Below, one piece after another: positions 1 through 8,317 of a stretch of 64,000 nt of DNA. The notes below the pieces were generated by a model that saw only the letters and a program-made list of their open reading frames with translations, did no database searches and was not told the origin of the DNA. Origin of the DNA: a candidate division FCPU426 bacterium (GTDB taxonomy: Bacteria > Oederibacteriota > Muellerivitia > Muellerivitales > Muellerivitaceae); assembly GCA_963719085.1 (NCBI GenBank), contig CAVRAL010000001.1, positions 544,001-608,000 of the forward strand, given 5' to 3'. The position numbers and the translations under genes were made by a program. Numbering within the stretch: the stretch's first letter is position 1; each line of letters opens with the position of its first letter.

Positions 1-1382
1 TGGCGCCCCAGGCTTTAGCGCAGGGAACCTTTCCAACGGTCCAGCAGGCGGGTCTGATTAACCGGATTTTCCAAGAAATTTCCGCTTCCTTTAACGCGCC
101 AGCCTTGGCCGCGCCGGCCCCGGCTTCCTTGACGGCGGCTTCAGTCGCGCCGGCCGCGAATTTGGGGAGCGGTAACCAGAACCAAGCAGTGGGATCCGGA
201 TTAACGAACGAGGCCTCGTCTCAAGCCGCGTTGGACGCGGCGCCCCAGATTTTGAACTCAACGCCCGCTTCGGGTAACCCAAATCAAACCCAGGACACTC
301 AAACTTTTCAGAATTTCCTTAGGTCGTCGGTTGTCTTTGACGCTGAAAAATTCACTTTTTCGGTGGATGAAGTGAACACTCCCGACCCAACGGCGGTCAG
401 TTCGACCCCGGTGACCACGGGCGCGACGGTGAACAATCAGGTTCCGGCCACGCAAGGCGCCTTGCTTCCAACTAATTCACCGCAAAGCGGCTCACAACCC
501 GCTCTCGGGACTATTTCGGCTCCCGCGGCGGTTGTTCCCTTGGCTTTAAGCACTCTGGCCCGGCCGGCGGCGGGGACAACGGTTAATGAGACGGTTTCCG
601 CGGCTTCCATGTTCACCAATTCCGTGATAGCGGCCCAGACCGCGCGGCCGGTCGTAGCTCCGGGTCTTGAGACTGAAAATCTTCAGAATAATAACCAAGC
701 CTTGCCCACGGATCCGAACGTTTCAGCGGTCCAATCCATCAATCCGGTCCTGGCCCAAGGTGTTAATTCGGTCACAACAGTGGCGGAGTTCGCGTCCATC
801 AAAGATCAAGGGAAAACCCAAGACCCCTTGTCGGCCGTTGACAATTCATCCCAGTCCGCCGCGGATTCAGCCGCTTTGGCGGGATCGGGCACATTCTCAC
901 AAGTCGTTCAAGCCAACAGCCAAACTCAAAACGCGCCAATCAACGCGGCGGGCATCATCCAACAGTTCGCCGAGCAGATTTCCCAACACGCCTCCCAGGT
1001 CCACACGGTTTCCCGGTTGAGTTTCCAATTGGTTCCGGAAAGTCTGGGGAAGGTGACCATTCAGGTGGCTTTGGTGGATCAATCGGTTTCGGCCCGGATC
1101 ATCGTTAATAATCAAGATGTTAAAGACGGGCTTCAAAATCACCTGGTTGATCTCAAGGCGGCCTTGAGCCAAGCGGGCCTCCAAATCGACCAATTGCAGG
1201 TCCAGATCCAGGGCGGATCGGCCAATCTATTGGCCCAGTATTACCAATACCAGCAGGAAGGCTCTTCTTATGGGTCTCCTGTTGGCAGTTTCTTGGGGCT
1301 TGGAACCCCTGAAAATGAGGAAAATACAGGGCTTTTGGGAGCGTTTTCCCAAAGAAACTCCCTGGTAAACCTGCTGGTTTAA
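1..1382 (+). CDS. fliK: Flagellar hook-length control protein FliK (5' end outside the window)
   Basis: The frame is open from position 3. A low-complexity Ala/Thr/Gln/Ser-rich region is followed by the FliK C-terminal motif (FQLVPESLGKVTIQV...LKAALSQAGLQIDQLQV). Directly upstream of flgD. Confidence 0.88.
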   Translation, partial: APQALAQGTFPTVQQAGLINRIFQEISASFNAPALAAPAPASLTAASVAPAANLGSGNQNQAVGSGLTNEASSQAALDAAPQILNSTPASGNPNQTQDTQTFQNFLRSSVVFDAEKFTFSVDEVNTPDPTAVSSTPVTTGATVNNQVPATQGALLPTNSPQSGSQPALGTISAPAAVVPLALSTLARPAAGTTVNETVSAASMFTNSVIAAQTARPVVAPGLETENLQNNNQALPTDPNVSAVQSINPVLAQGVNSVTTVAEFASIKDQGKTQDPLSAVDNSSQSAADSAALAGSGTFSQVVQANSQTQNAPINAAGIIQQFAEQISQHASQVHTVSRLSFQLVPESLGKVTIQVALVDQSVSARIIVNNQDVKDGLQNHLVDLKAALSQAGLQIDQLQVQIQGGSANLLAQYYQYQQEGSSYGSPVGSFLGLGTPENEENTGLLGAFSQRNSLVNLLV

Positions 1383-1422
1383 GGGGTTTTTGAAGGTTTT
1401 AGCTTAATTTTTGAGTTTTTGT

Positions 1423-1449
1423 TAAAGTCTGTCAGAGTAATGTCGTTAG
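1423..1449 (+). promoter_or_regulatory. Possible sigma28 (FliA)-type promoter upstream of flgD
   Basis: TAAA-N15-GTCGTTAG against consensus TAAA-N15-GCCGATAA; flagellar context. Confidence 0.4.
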
Positions 1450-1474
1450 GAATTGAGAAGAAGGGGGTGAGTTT

Positions 1475-1885
1475 ATGGCAATACCTGGAGTAGGTAGCAG
1501 TGGAAGCGGCAATGCGGCTAATTCAACGACGGCTTTGGCGTCGGCTTCGAATCAGTTCGTTTCGGAGCAGACCTTTTTGCAATTGTTAGTCACTCAATTG
1601 CAGAATCAGGATCCGTTGAATCCGCAAGACGCGAGCCAGTTCGTGGCGGAACTGTCGAGTTTCTCCTCGGTTGAGCAATTGACGAGCCTGAGCACGAGCA
1701 TGGAAAGTGTTTTGGAATCGTCGGTGACCAACCTGATCGGAAAAACGGTGACGGTGGCCGACTCGACCAGCGCGCAAGGTTATGTCCAAGGGACGGTGAG
1801 CGCGGTTGTTTATTACTCAAATGGTCCCGCGGTGGATGTGAACGGAACGGCCTATCCGATTTCGGCTATTCAAAACGTTCAGTAA
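1475..1885 (+). CDS. flgD: Flagellar hook capping/assembly protein FlgD
   Basis: FLQLLVTQLQNQDPLNPQDASQFVAELSSFSSVEQL motif; lies between fliK and flgE. Confidence 0.95.
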   Translation: MAIPGVGSSGSGNAANSTTALASASNQFVSEQTFLQLLVTQLQNQDPLNPQDASQFVAELSSFSSVEQLTSLSTSMESVLESSVTNLIGKTVTVADSTSAQGYVQGTVSAVVYYSNGPAVDVNGTAYPISAIQNVQ

Positions 1886-1933
1886 AAAGTAGTTAGGGTT
1901 TAACAGGCTTTAAAGAAGGGCGGGTGAGGACAA

Positions 1934-2344
1934 GTGGTTCAGCAAGTTAATTTTAATGACGCTTCCTTAAAACCGATGGATTCGGTGCAGAATCAGGCCC
2001 AGATCCAGATTTTGCAGCAGCAGGCCAGCAAGGCCGCGGAATCGGTTCAGTCGTTTACGGATGTGCTTCAAACGACCGTCAATCAGGGAACGGCTTTAAA
2101 ATTCTCCGCGCACGCGAAAGACCGATTGAGCTTACGCAATATCAATCTTTCGGCGGAGGACGTTTCCCGGATGACGGATGCCGTGAATAAGGCGGCGGCG
2201 AAGGGCGCGAAACAATCCTTGCTGGTTATGAACAACTTGGCTTTTATCGTCAGCGTCACCAATCGGACGGTGATTACGGCGTTGGACGATAGCAACATGA
2301 AGGAGAATGTTTTTACGAATATTGATAGTGCGGTAATTGTGTAA
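1934..2344 (+). CDS. Flagellar operon protein (TIGR02530-like)
   Basis: LKFSAHAKDRL...AVNKAAAKGAKQSLLVMNNLAFIVSVTNRTVITALD...ENVFTNIDSAVIV; typical position between flgD and flgE. Confidence 0.9.
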   Translation: MVQQVNFNDASLKPMDSVQNQAQIQILQQQASKAAESVQSFTDVLQTTVNQGTALKFSAHAKDRLSLRNINLSAEDVSRMTDAVNKAAAKGAKQSLLVMNNLAFIVSVTNRTVITALDDSNMKENVFTNIDSAVIV

Positions 2345-2375
2345 CTTGCCGTTAGGAATTGTGGTGCAGTAAATA

Positions 2376-2444
2376 TCGGGCTGGACCTCTTAGAGGGGGC
2401 CCGAATCAGGGTTGGTGGATTACCAACCTAATACTTCTAGGAGG
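2376..2444 (+). promoter_or_regulatory. Two-hairpin, GGA-containing leader before the flgE ribosome-binding site
   Basis: TCGGGC..GCCCGA stem (2376-2404) with an internal TGGA loop; GGGTTGGT-GGATT-ACCAACCT stem-loop (2409-2429); SD AGGAGG at 2439-2444. Confidence 0.5.
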
Positions 2445-2449
2445 ACGTC

Positions 2450-4318
2450 ATGGGTCTCGAAGCAATGTATAGCGCGATTTCCGGTTTGCAGGGTGATAGC
2501 ACGTGGTTGGATGTCATTGGAAATAACATTTCCAACGTCAACACCACGGCTTACAAGGCGAGCCGTCTCGAGTTTTCAAACCAAATCAGCAACAACTTAA
2601 ACAGCGGCACCGGGGACGATCCGGCGGAAGGCCTCGGCGGAACCAATCCGGAGCAGGTCGGATTGGGTGTCAAGGTGGCTTCCATCGATACCTTGTTTAC
2701 CCAAGGCCAGCTCCAACAGACGGGTATCACCACTGATATCGCCATCACGGGCACAGGCTTCCTCGACGCGAAGGTGGGGGATACAACCTACCTGACGCGA
2801 GCCGGCAATTTGAACTTCGACAGCAATGGAAATTTGGTCGACCAAAACGGCGGCTTGATCCAGGGGTATACTGCTTCGCTCGAATATACTCAAACCACAG
2901 TCGACAACAACGTCCCTCTGGTTGTTACCTCGGCGAATTTGGTTTTGAACAATCAAAACCCGGGCAACATCAGCGACATCCAGATCAAGCCCGACATGGT
3001 AGTTCCGGCCAAAGCGACGACGGTCATGAATATCGCCGGCAATCTGGATTCGTTCCAGCAGGCTGATCAGACCGGAGGTATCCTGGACGTCGCTACGACC
3101 GCTGCGGGGCCTTTGTTGCCCTTTGTTGAAGCACCAGGTGTTACTACAAATGCGGCGGATTTGGTCATTGGTCCCGATGTTCGCGCAGGGGCTCCCGCAG
3201 GCGGGGTGGTTCTCCACCAAACTGGAAACCTTTCCACAGGAAATCCTGTGATCACGGGAGGGGGCGTGCCTTTGGCCACCGCTCGGACTACCAATACGTT
3301 TGCCTGGAATCAACAGCCACCTATTTCGCCAGCAACGGAAACGGTATCGACGGTTTATGATTCCTTGGGCAATCCTCATGAAATCACGACCCTCTATTAT
3401 CAGGTGAATGACTTAGGCGAGGCGGGTGTTAATAACCCGACGGCTGCGGGTCAGAGCCAGGCGGTTTACGCTTGGTATTCGTTTGATACGACGGGTGGCG
3501 TAGCTCCCTTTAGTGGCGCGGTAGTTCCCGCAGGTAGCAACGCTCCGGATTCGAATTTAGTCGGGGGAACCGGTATCGCGGAGGACTATACCCGCAATAC
3601 GGGCGATACCTATGTTGGAGATTTCTTGGTCTTCAACACCGATGGATCTTTGGCCACGACGGGCGGCGCGGATGTCACGGGCGCCAATGCGACCATGGTG
3701 CAAGCCAAAATTTACTTGCCGCCGGCTGATAACAACGCCGGGGTCGCGACTTTGCCTGCCAATTCTCCTTTGCCGACCATTGGTGCCAATATCACCCAAA
3801 TCGGTATGAATTTCGGTACCGCGGGTATTTTGGGAACTGGAGAGCGGGATGGCTTGTTCAGCGATGCGGAAGGAACCTTCCAAGTCGTGAACGGGGTCAA
3901 TACCTACGTGCCGAGCGATACCGCCACCGTGAAGTCGCAAGACGGATACGCGGACGGAACCTTGCAAAGCCTTTCCTTCGACAAGACCGGTACGATTCAA
4001 GGGGTCTTCTCGAACGGTAAGACCTTCGCTTTGGGCCAAGTGGTCCTCACCTCGGTCACCAACCAGGAAGGTCTCGAGAGTGTCGGGAACGGCTACTACA
4101 GCCAAACTGCCAGCTCGGGCCCGTCCTTCACGGGTTTGGCCGGTACGGACAACTTGGGAACAGTGGCGGGGAGCTCTTTGGAAGGGTCGAACGTCGACTT
4201 GACCGTGGAACTTTCCAACATGATCATCGCCCAACGGGGTTATGAATCGAACGCCCGGGTTATCTCGGTCGTCAATTCGACCTTGCAGACCTTGACGCAG
4301 TTGGGCCAAGGCTCTTAA
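2450..4318 (+). CDS. flgE: Flagellar hook protein FlgE (long form, 622 aa)
   Basis: N-terminal SGL...LDVIGNNISNVNTTAYK; YLTRAGNLNFDSNGNLV; C-terminal LEGSNVDLTVELSNMIIAQRGYESNARVI. Confidence 0.96.
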   Translation: MGLEAMYSAISGLQGDSTWLDVIGNNISNVNTTAYKASRLEFSNQISNNLNSGTGDDPAEGLGGTNPEQVGLGVKVASIDTLFTQGQLQQTGITTDIAITGTGFLDAKVGDTTYLTRAGNLNFDSNGNLVDQNGGLIQGYTASLEYTQTTVDNNVPLVVTSANLVLNNQNPGNISDIQIKPDMVVPAKATTVMNIAGNLDSFQQADQTGGILDVATTAAGPLLPFVEAPGVTTNAADLVIGPDVRAGAPAGGVVLHQTGNLSTGNPVITGGGVPLATARTTNTFAWNQQPPISPATETVSTVYDSLGNPHEITTLYYQVNDLGEAGVNNPTAAGQSQAVYAWYSFDTTGGVAPFSGAVVPAGSNAPDSNLVGGTGIAEDYTRNTGDTYVGDFLVFNTDGSLATTGGADVTGANATMVQAKIYLPPADNNAGVATLPANSPLPTIGANITQIGMNFGTAGILGTGERDGLFSDAEGTFQVVNGVNTYVPSDTATVKSQDGYADGTLQSLSFDKTGTIQGVFSNGKTFALGQVVLTSVTNQEGLESVGNGYYSQTASSGPSFTGLAGTDNLGTVAGSSLEGSNVDLTVELSNMIIAQRGYESNARVISVVNSTLQTLTQLGQGS

Positions 4319-4365
4319 GGGTTTCGTTAAAAGTTAAAAGAGGCCGAAAGGTTTCTTGCAGGCTG

Positions 4366-4406
4366 GAAAGGCGACGCCGGATAAAACCCGTCGCCTTTCT
4401 TTTTTT
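4366..4406 (+). terminator. Intrinsic terminator after flgE
   Basis: GAAAGGCGACG...CGTCGCCTTTC inverted repeat followed by a T run. Confidence 0.7.
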
Positions 4407-4482
4407 AAGGTGAGGTAGAATAGAAGGGAAGATAAATTTTTTTATTGAACCCCGGGTCAACCGGCGGTGATTTGGGTGAAAA

Positions 4483-5406
4483 ATGAACTCTCGAAAAATC
4501 CTATTTCTTTTCGTGCTGCTTTTGGCGGGCGGTTGGGGTTGTAAAAACAACTCGACCACCTCTCCCAATTCGGCTCATCCCGTGGACTTTACGGTAGGCC
4601 AGTTCGGGTCCGGTTTTGACGATTTAAATGTTCCGGCCGGGATTGATGTCGATGGCTCGGATAATCTTTACGTTTCAGATTTTGGGAACAACCGCATTAA
4701 ACAATACAACTCAAACGGCACATGCTTGATGACTTGGAGTTCGGCGGCGGCAAGCGTGAGCAATGTGGCTGCCACTATTCAATCGCCTTATGGTTTGCGA
4801 TTGGACGCGGGAAGCAATGTGTTTGAGGTGGATAAAAATGGAAGGCAAATTCAGGAATTTTCCACCTTGGGCGTTTTCTCGAAGAAGTGGGCCCAGCCTG
4901 CCGGGGCCCTTTCGGCTTGGTTGGCGATCAATAAGACATCGGGGGACATTTATGTGACCGATGGGCCGAATTACGAAGTTCACCATTATGATAACGCCGG
5001 AAATTTAATCGGATCATTTGGGCAGCTCGGTTCAGGCCCCGCTATCGGGGATTTCGATGGAATCGGCGGCATCGCTATCGATTCTTCGGGCCAGGTTTAC
5101 GTGGTCGATGAGGGGTCGCGGCGCATTGAGATATTCACTGCGGCGGGAGCTCCGGTGACGGCTTGGAGTTTGGGAGTACGGTCCCCGGTCGGAGGAGTTC
5201 AGTTTGACCATTCGGGAAATCTCTGGGTGATGGATACGGATAATCAGACGATCCTGGAATTTAATTCAACGGGCACGCTGATCCAGACCTGGAAAAACCC
5301 GGAAGGGCAAGCGCAGCCAACCGATATCGCTTTTGACAGTACTGGGGCAATCTGGGTGAGTTACCAAGACACGGGGCAAGCTTTTCTGGTGAAATACGCC
5401 CATTAA
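4483..5406 (+). CDS. NHL-repeat (beta-propeller) lipoprotein
   Basis: Lipobox-like GGWGC after a hydrophobic stretch; repeated PAGIDVDGSDNLYVSDFGNNRIKQY / GIAIDSSGQVYVVDEGSRRIEIF units. Confidence 0.85.
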   Translation: MNSRKILFLFVLLLAGGWGCKNNSTTSPNSAHPVDFTVGQFGSGFDDLNVPAGIDVDGSDNLYVSDFGNNRIKQYNSNGTCLMTWSSAAASVSNVAATIQSPYGLRLDAGSNVFEVDKNGRQIQEFSTLGVFSKKWAQPAGALSAWLAINKTSGDIYVTDGPNYEVHHYDNAGNLIGSFGQLGSGPAIGDFDGIGGIAIDSSGQVYVVDEGSRRIEIFTAAGAPVTAWSLGVRSPVGGVQFDHSGNLWVMDTDNQTILEFNSTGTLIQTWKNPEGQAQPTDIAFDSTGAIWVSYQDTGQAFLVKYAH

Positions 5407-5460
5407 ATTAAGTGTGGCCGCCTTGGAGAAGAAGACAATCCCGTTGGAAGAGGTAATTCT

Positions 5461-5661
5461 GTGATCAAGGTAACCCGCTTAAACGGCCAAGAAGTTTATG
5501 TGAACGCCGATTTGATTCTTTTCGTGGAAAGCTCGCCGGAGACTATTTTGACCCTGGAAAACGGTAAGAAAGTCACCGTGAAAGAAACCATCCCGCAGGT
5601 CATCGATCGGGTGGTGGAGTTTAAGGCCAGATGTTTCCCCAAAGCCGTTAGTTCTAGTTGA
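5461..5661 (+). CDS. flbD: Flagellar FlbD (SwrD) family protein
   Basis: MIKVTRLNGQEVYVNADLILFVESSPETILTLENGKKVTVKE family pattern. Confidence 0.92.
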   Translation: MIKVTRLNGQEVYVNADLILFVESSPETILTLENGKKVTVKETIPQVIDRVVEFKARCFPKAVSSS

Positions 5662-5725
5662 GATAGCTAACTCGTTTTCCCTTTATAAATATTGCTTTTA
5701 AACCCTAAGGGCTTGCCCATTTTAA

Positions 5726-5767
5726 TTGCGTCAATTCCCATAAAGATTGATAATGATAGTAAGATTC
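5726..5767 (+). promoter_or_regulatory. Sigma70-like promoter with an overlapping Fur-box-like sequence
   Basis: TTGCGT-N17-GATAAT; 5749-5767 GATAATGATAGTAAGATTC matches 14/19 of GATAATGATAATCATTATC. Confidence 0.35.
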
Positions 5768-5849
5768 TTGCTAGGTTCATTTTATCCGCTCTCATAACGG
5801 TATCAGGTTTGGCGCCGCGAAATGAGGTCTTTTAAAGAGTTTCAAGGAG

Positions 5850-7331
5850 TTGTTCGTGAATCTTATTAAGACAATTGATCTGTTGTCGCCTGCCCGTCGG
5901 CTTTTACTTTTGTTTATTCCTTTTTTCTTTTTGGGTATTTCCCAATCCTTCGCCCAAGTAACAACTTATGACGATTTTCCGACGGGTGATTCGCCGGTCA
6001 GTAATTGGAGCGTTTCGACCGCGGGCGGGCCCTCAAGTTTTGGAGCGACGTTGGTGTTCGACACCGGCGGTGGACCTCCAGCGGATCCCGCGGCGGGAAC
6101 CGCTTCCAACGCGGCTCTTTCCTGTGTGGGCAATTGTACGGCGACCCAAAATGTGACACTGACCTTTTCCAATGCCGGGTCCACCGCTTTTCAAAATTTC
6201 GTGGCCATTGACGTGTATCCGGAAGGAACAGTCAACCAGGCTATCGCGATGTATGTCAGCGATGGATCAACCACCGTCCAAGCCCCGGCGAAAGACGCTT
6301 ATTATTGCCAGGGCGGGACCGAACTTCCGAGCGCGAACTGTATTTTTGGCCGTTGGAACACCGTTTATATTGACCTGACTTCTTCCGGATTGGCGAATAT
6401 TTCCACGGTTCAATTGGTAGTCATCGGCGCGAACTCTTTGGATGCCCAGCCGATTTTTTATGATTATCTGCGCGCTTGCACCATCAATCCGGCGGTGATC
6501 GCGGGTTGCATTACCCCGACGCCTTCGTTGACTTTTACGCCGACCGTGCCGCCGACAGCGACACGAACCCCGTCCCCTACGAAAACCCCCACGGTCACCT
6601 GGACCCAAACGCCCACGAATACTTTTACGGTGACCCTGACACCCACGGTAACCTTGACTCCTACGCCCACTGTGACTTTGACCAAAACCGTGACGCCGAC
6701 GATCACTTTCACCTTCACTCCGGTTCCAACCTCTACTCCGACCCAAACGCCGGTTCCCAGCTCGACCGCGACCAGTACCTTCACCATCAGCCCGACACCG
6801 ACCAAAACCTTCACCTGGACGCTGACCCCGACGCATACTCTGCCTCCGACCCTGACGCCCACCCTTTCACCGACCGTCACTTTGTCGCCGACTAAAACCG
6901 TGACTCAAACCCCGACTTTCACCATAACGATTTCACCGACCTTTACTCCCACCTTTACGCCGACGGTGACCCTGACGCGCACCAGCACCAACACGCCCGG
7001 ACCCACTGCGACCGCCACCCCCACTTGCCCCAGCCCCCTGTTTCCGAATCCCGTGGATTTCACCGTTGGGCACCGGCCCGTCCAATGCCCGGGTGCCAGC
7101 AATTGCGTGGTCTTTGATTGTTTAACCGCGGGCTCCACATTGAAGATCTACACCATCGCCTTGTCCCTGGTGCGCGAGTTTGATTCCACGGGAACGGTGG
7201 TCACCTGGGATGGATTAAACGGGGAAGAGGATCCGGTCGCGGCCGGCGTTTATTTCTATATCATCCAAGACCCGAAAGGAAACAGGACCATCGGGAAATT
7301 CGCGGTTTCGCACGCTAGGACGAATCCCTAA
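5850..7331 (+). CDS. Secreted protein: Cys-containing globular domain, long Thr/Pro-rich linker, T9SS type-A/FlgD-Ig-like C-terminal domain
   Basis: Signal peptide (...GISQSFAQ); about 170 aa of TPTxTx repeats; C-terminus FPNP...LKIYTIA...WDGLN...VAAGVYFYII...GKFAV. Confidence 0.8.
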   Translation: MFVNLIKTIDLLSPARRLLLLFIPFFFLGISQSFAQVTTYDDFPTGDSPVSNWSVSTAGGPSSFGATLVFDTGGGPPADPAAGTASNAALSCVGNCTATQNVTLTFSNAGSTAFQNFVAIDVYPEGTVNQAIAMYVSDGSTTVQAPAKDAYYCQGGTELPSANCIFGRWNTVYIDLTSSGLANISTVQLVVIGANSLDAQPIFYDYLRACTINPAVIAGCITPTPSLTFTPTVPPTATRTPSPTKTPTVTWTQTPTNTFTVTLTPTVTLTPTPTVTLTKTVTPTITFTFTPVPTSTPTQTPVPSSTATSTFTISPTPTKTFTWTLTPTHTLPPTLTPTLSPTVTLSPTKTVTQTPTFTITISPTFTPTFTPTVTLTRTSTNTPGPTATATPTCPSPLFPNPVDFTVGHRPVQCPGASNCVVFDCLTAGSTLKIYTIALSLVREFDSTGTVVTWDGLNGEEDPVAAGVYFYIIQDPKGNRTIGKFAVSHARTNP

Positions 7332-7333
7332 TC

Positions 7334-8305
7334 ATGATCCCGACTTCTTCGCGCTTGCGCCGGATACTTATTTTTTCATTTTTTTTATCGCTCGGGTTCA
7401 ACCAACTCGCCCAGGCCCAAACCGGCGGCCGGAGCGCTTTCGAGTTTTTGAAAATTTCGCCATTCTCCCGCGCGGTCGGGATGGGGGAAGCTTATTCGGC
7501 GGTGGGTGATGATGTGGCGTCCATTCAATACAATCCGGCCGGTTTGGCCAGTATCTTAAACAACGAACTGGATTTCACTTATCTGTCGCTTTACCAGGGG
7601 GTCAATTTTGAGTCGGTGGCCGTCGCGGTCCCCTTGGAGACTCAGTTACCCGGGATCGGCGGCGTGGTGGCGGCCAATGTGAATATCGTCCAAGGCGGAT
7701 CTTTTCAGCGAACCGATGATTCGGGCAACCCGAACGGGACCTTTACGACGGGCGATGATATTGTGACCTTGGCTTACGCGAAGTCTTTTGGCATGGTTCA
7801 ATTGGGTGCTTCCGGAAAATTCATTCAACAGCAAATTGACACGGTCACCAACACCCTTTTCGCGGCCGACGCCGGGGTCGTGGTAACGCCTTCGTTTCCG
7901 GGGATGCGGGTGGGACTTTCGATTAAAAACATCGGGGCCCAAGACAACAGCGACTATGATTTGCCCATGATCTTGGACGCGGCGATTTCTTACCGCCGCT
8001 ACGAGCTTTTTACCTATCAGGACGACGGGGCCATCAGCGTTGAGACCGATTTTCCGATCCATCCGATCGAGGATCAGGTCGGAATGAGGGTCGGAGCCGA
8101 GTATAATTTTAAGTGGGTGGGAAGCCGGGCGACCTTGCGGATGGGCTATAAGTTTTTGGATCAGAATCTTTCGGGCACCGGGTTCACGGTGGGGGCGGGC
8201 TATTCTTTGGATTTGGACGGCGCCGTGGTTTTCCTGGATTACGCGTTCGCGCCCGAGGATGTTTTTGGGGTGTCGAACCGCCTTTCGCTTTCCACGAAAT
8301 TTTAA
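7334..8305 (+). CDS. PorV/PorQ-like (UPF0164) outer-membrane beta-barrel
   Basis: Signal peptide; FLKISPFSRAVGMGEAYSAVGDDVASIQYNPAGLA motif; ends DYAF...RLSLSTKF. Confidence 0.85.
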   Translation: MIPTSSRLRRILIFSFFLSLGFNQLAQAQTGGRSAFEFLKISPFSRAVGMGEAYSAVGDDVASIQYNPAGLASILNNELDFTYLSLYQGVNFESVAVAVPLETQLPGIGGVVAANVNIVQGGSFQRTDDSGNPNGTFTTGDDIVTLAYAKSFGMVQLGASGKFIQQQIDTVTNTLFAADAGVVVTPSFPGMRVGLSIKNIGAQDNSDYDLPMILDAAISYRRYELFTYQDDGAISVETDFPIHPIEDQVGMRVGAEYNFKWVGSRATLRMGYKFLDQNLSGTGFTVGAGYSLDLDGAVVFLDYAFAPEDVFGVSNRLSLSTKF

Positions 8306-8317
8306 AAGGGTCAACGA

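Noticed and set aside
4579..4599. Peptide PVDFTVG shared by the NHL lipoprotein and the CTD of the 5850 protein
   Set aside because: Only seven residues in unrelated structural contexts with diverged codons; probably coincidence.
6510..7030. Repetitive ACC/CCG-rich DNA (also about 50530-51090) as a CRISPR array or tandem repeat
   Set aside because: There are no identical repeats with spacers; the periodicity comes from Thr/Pro coding.
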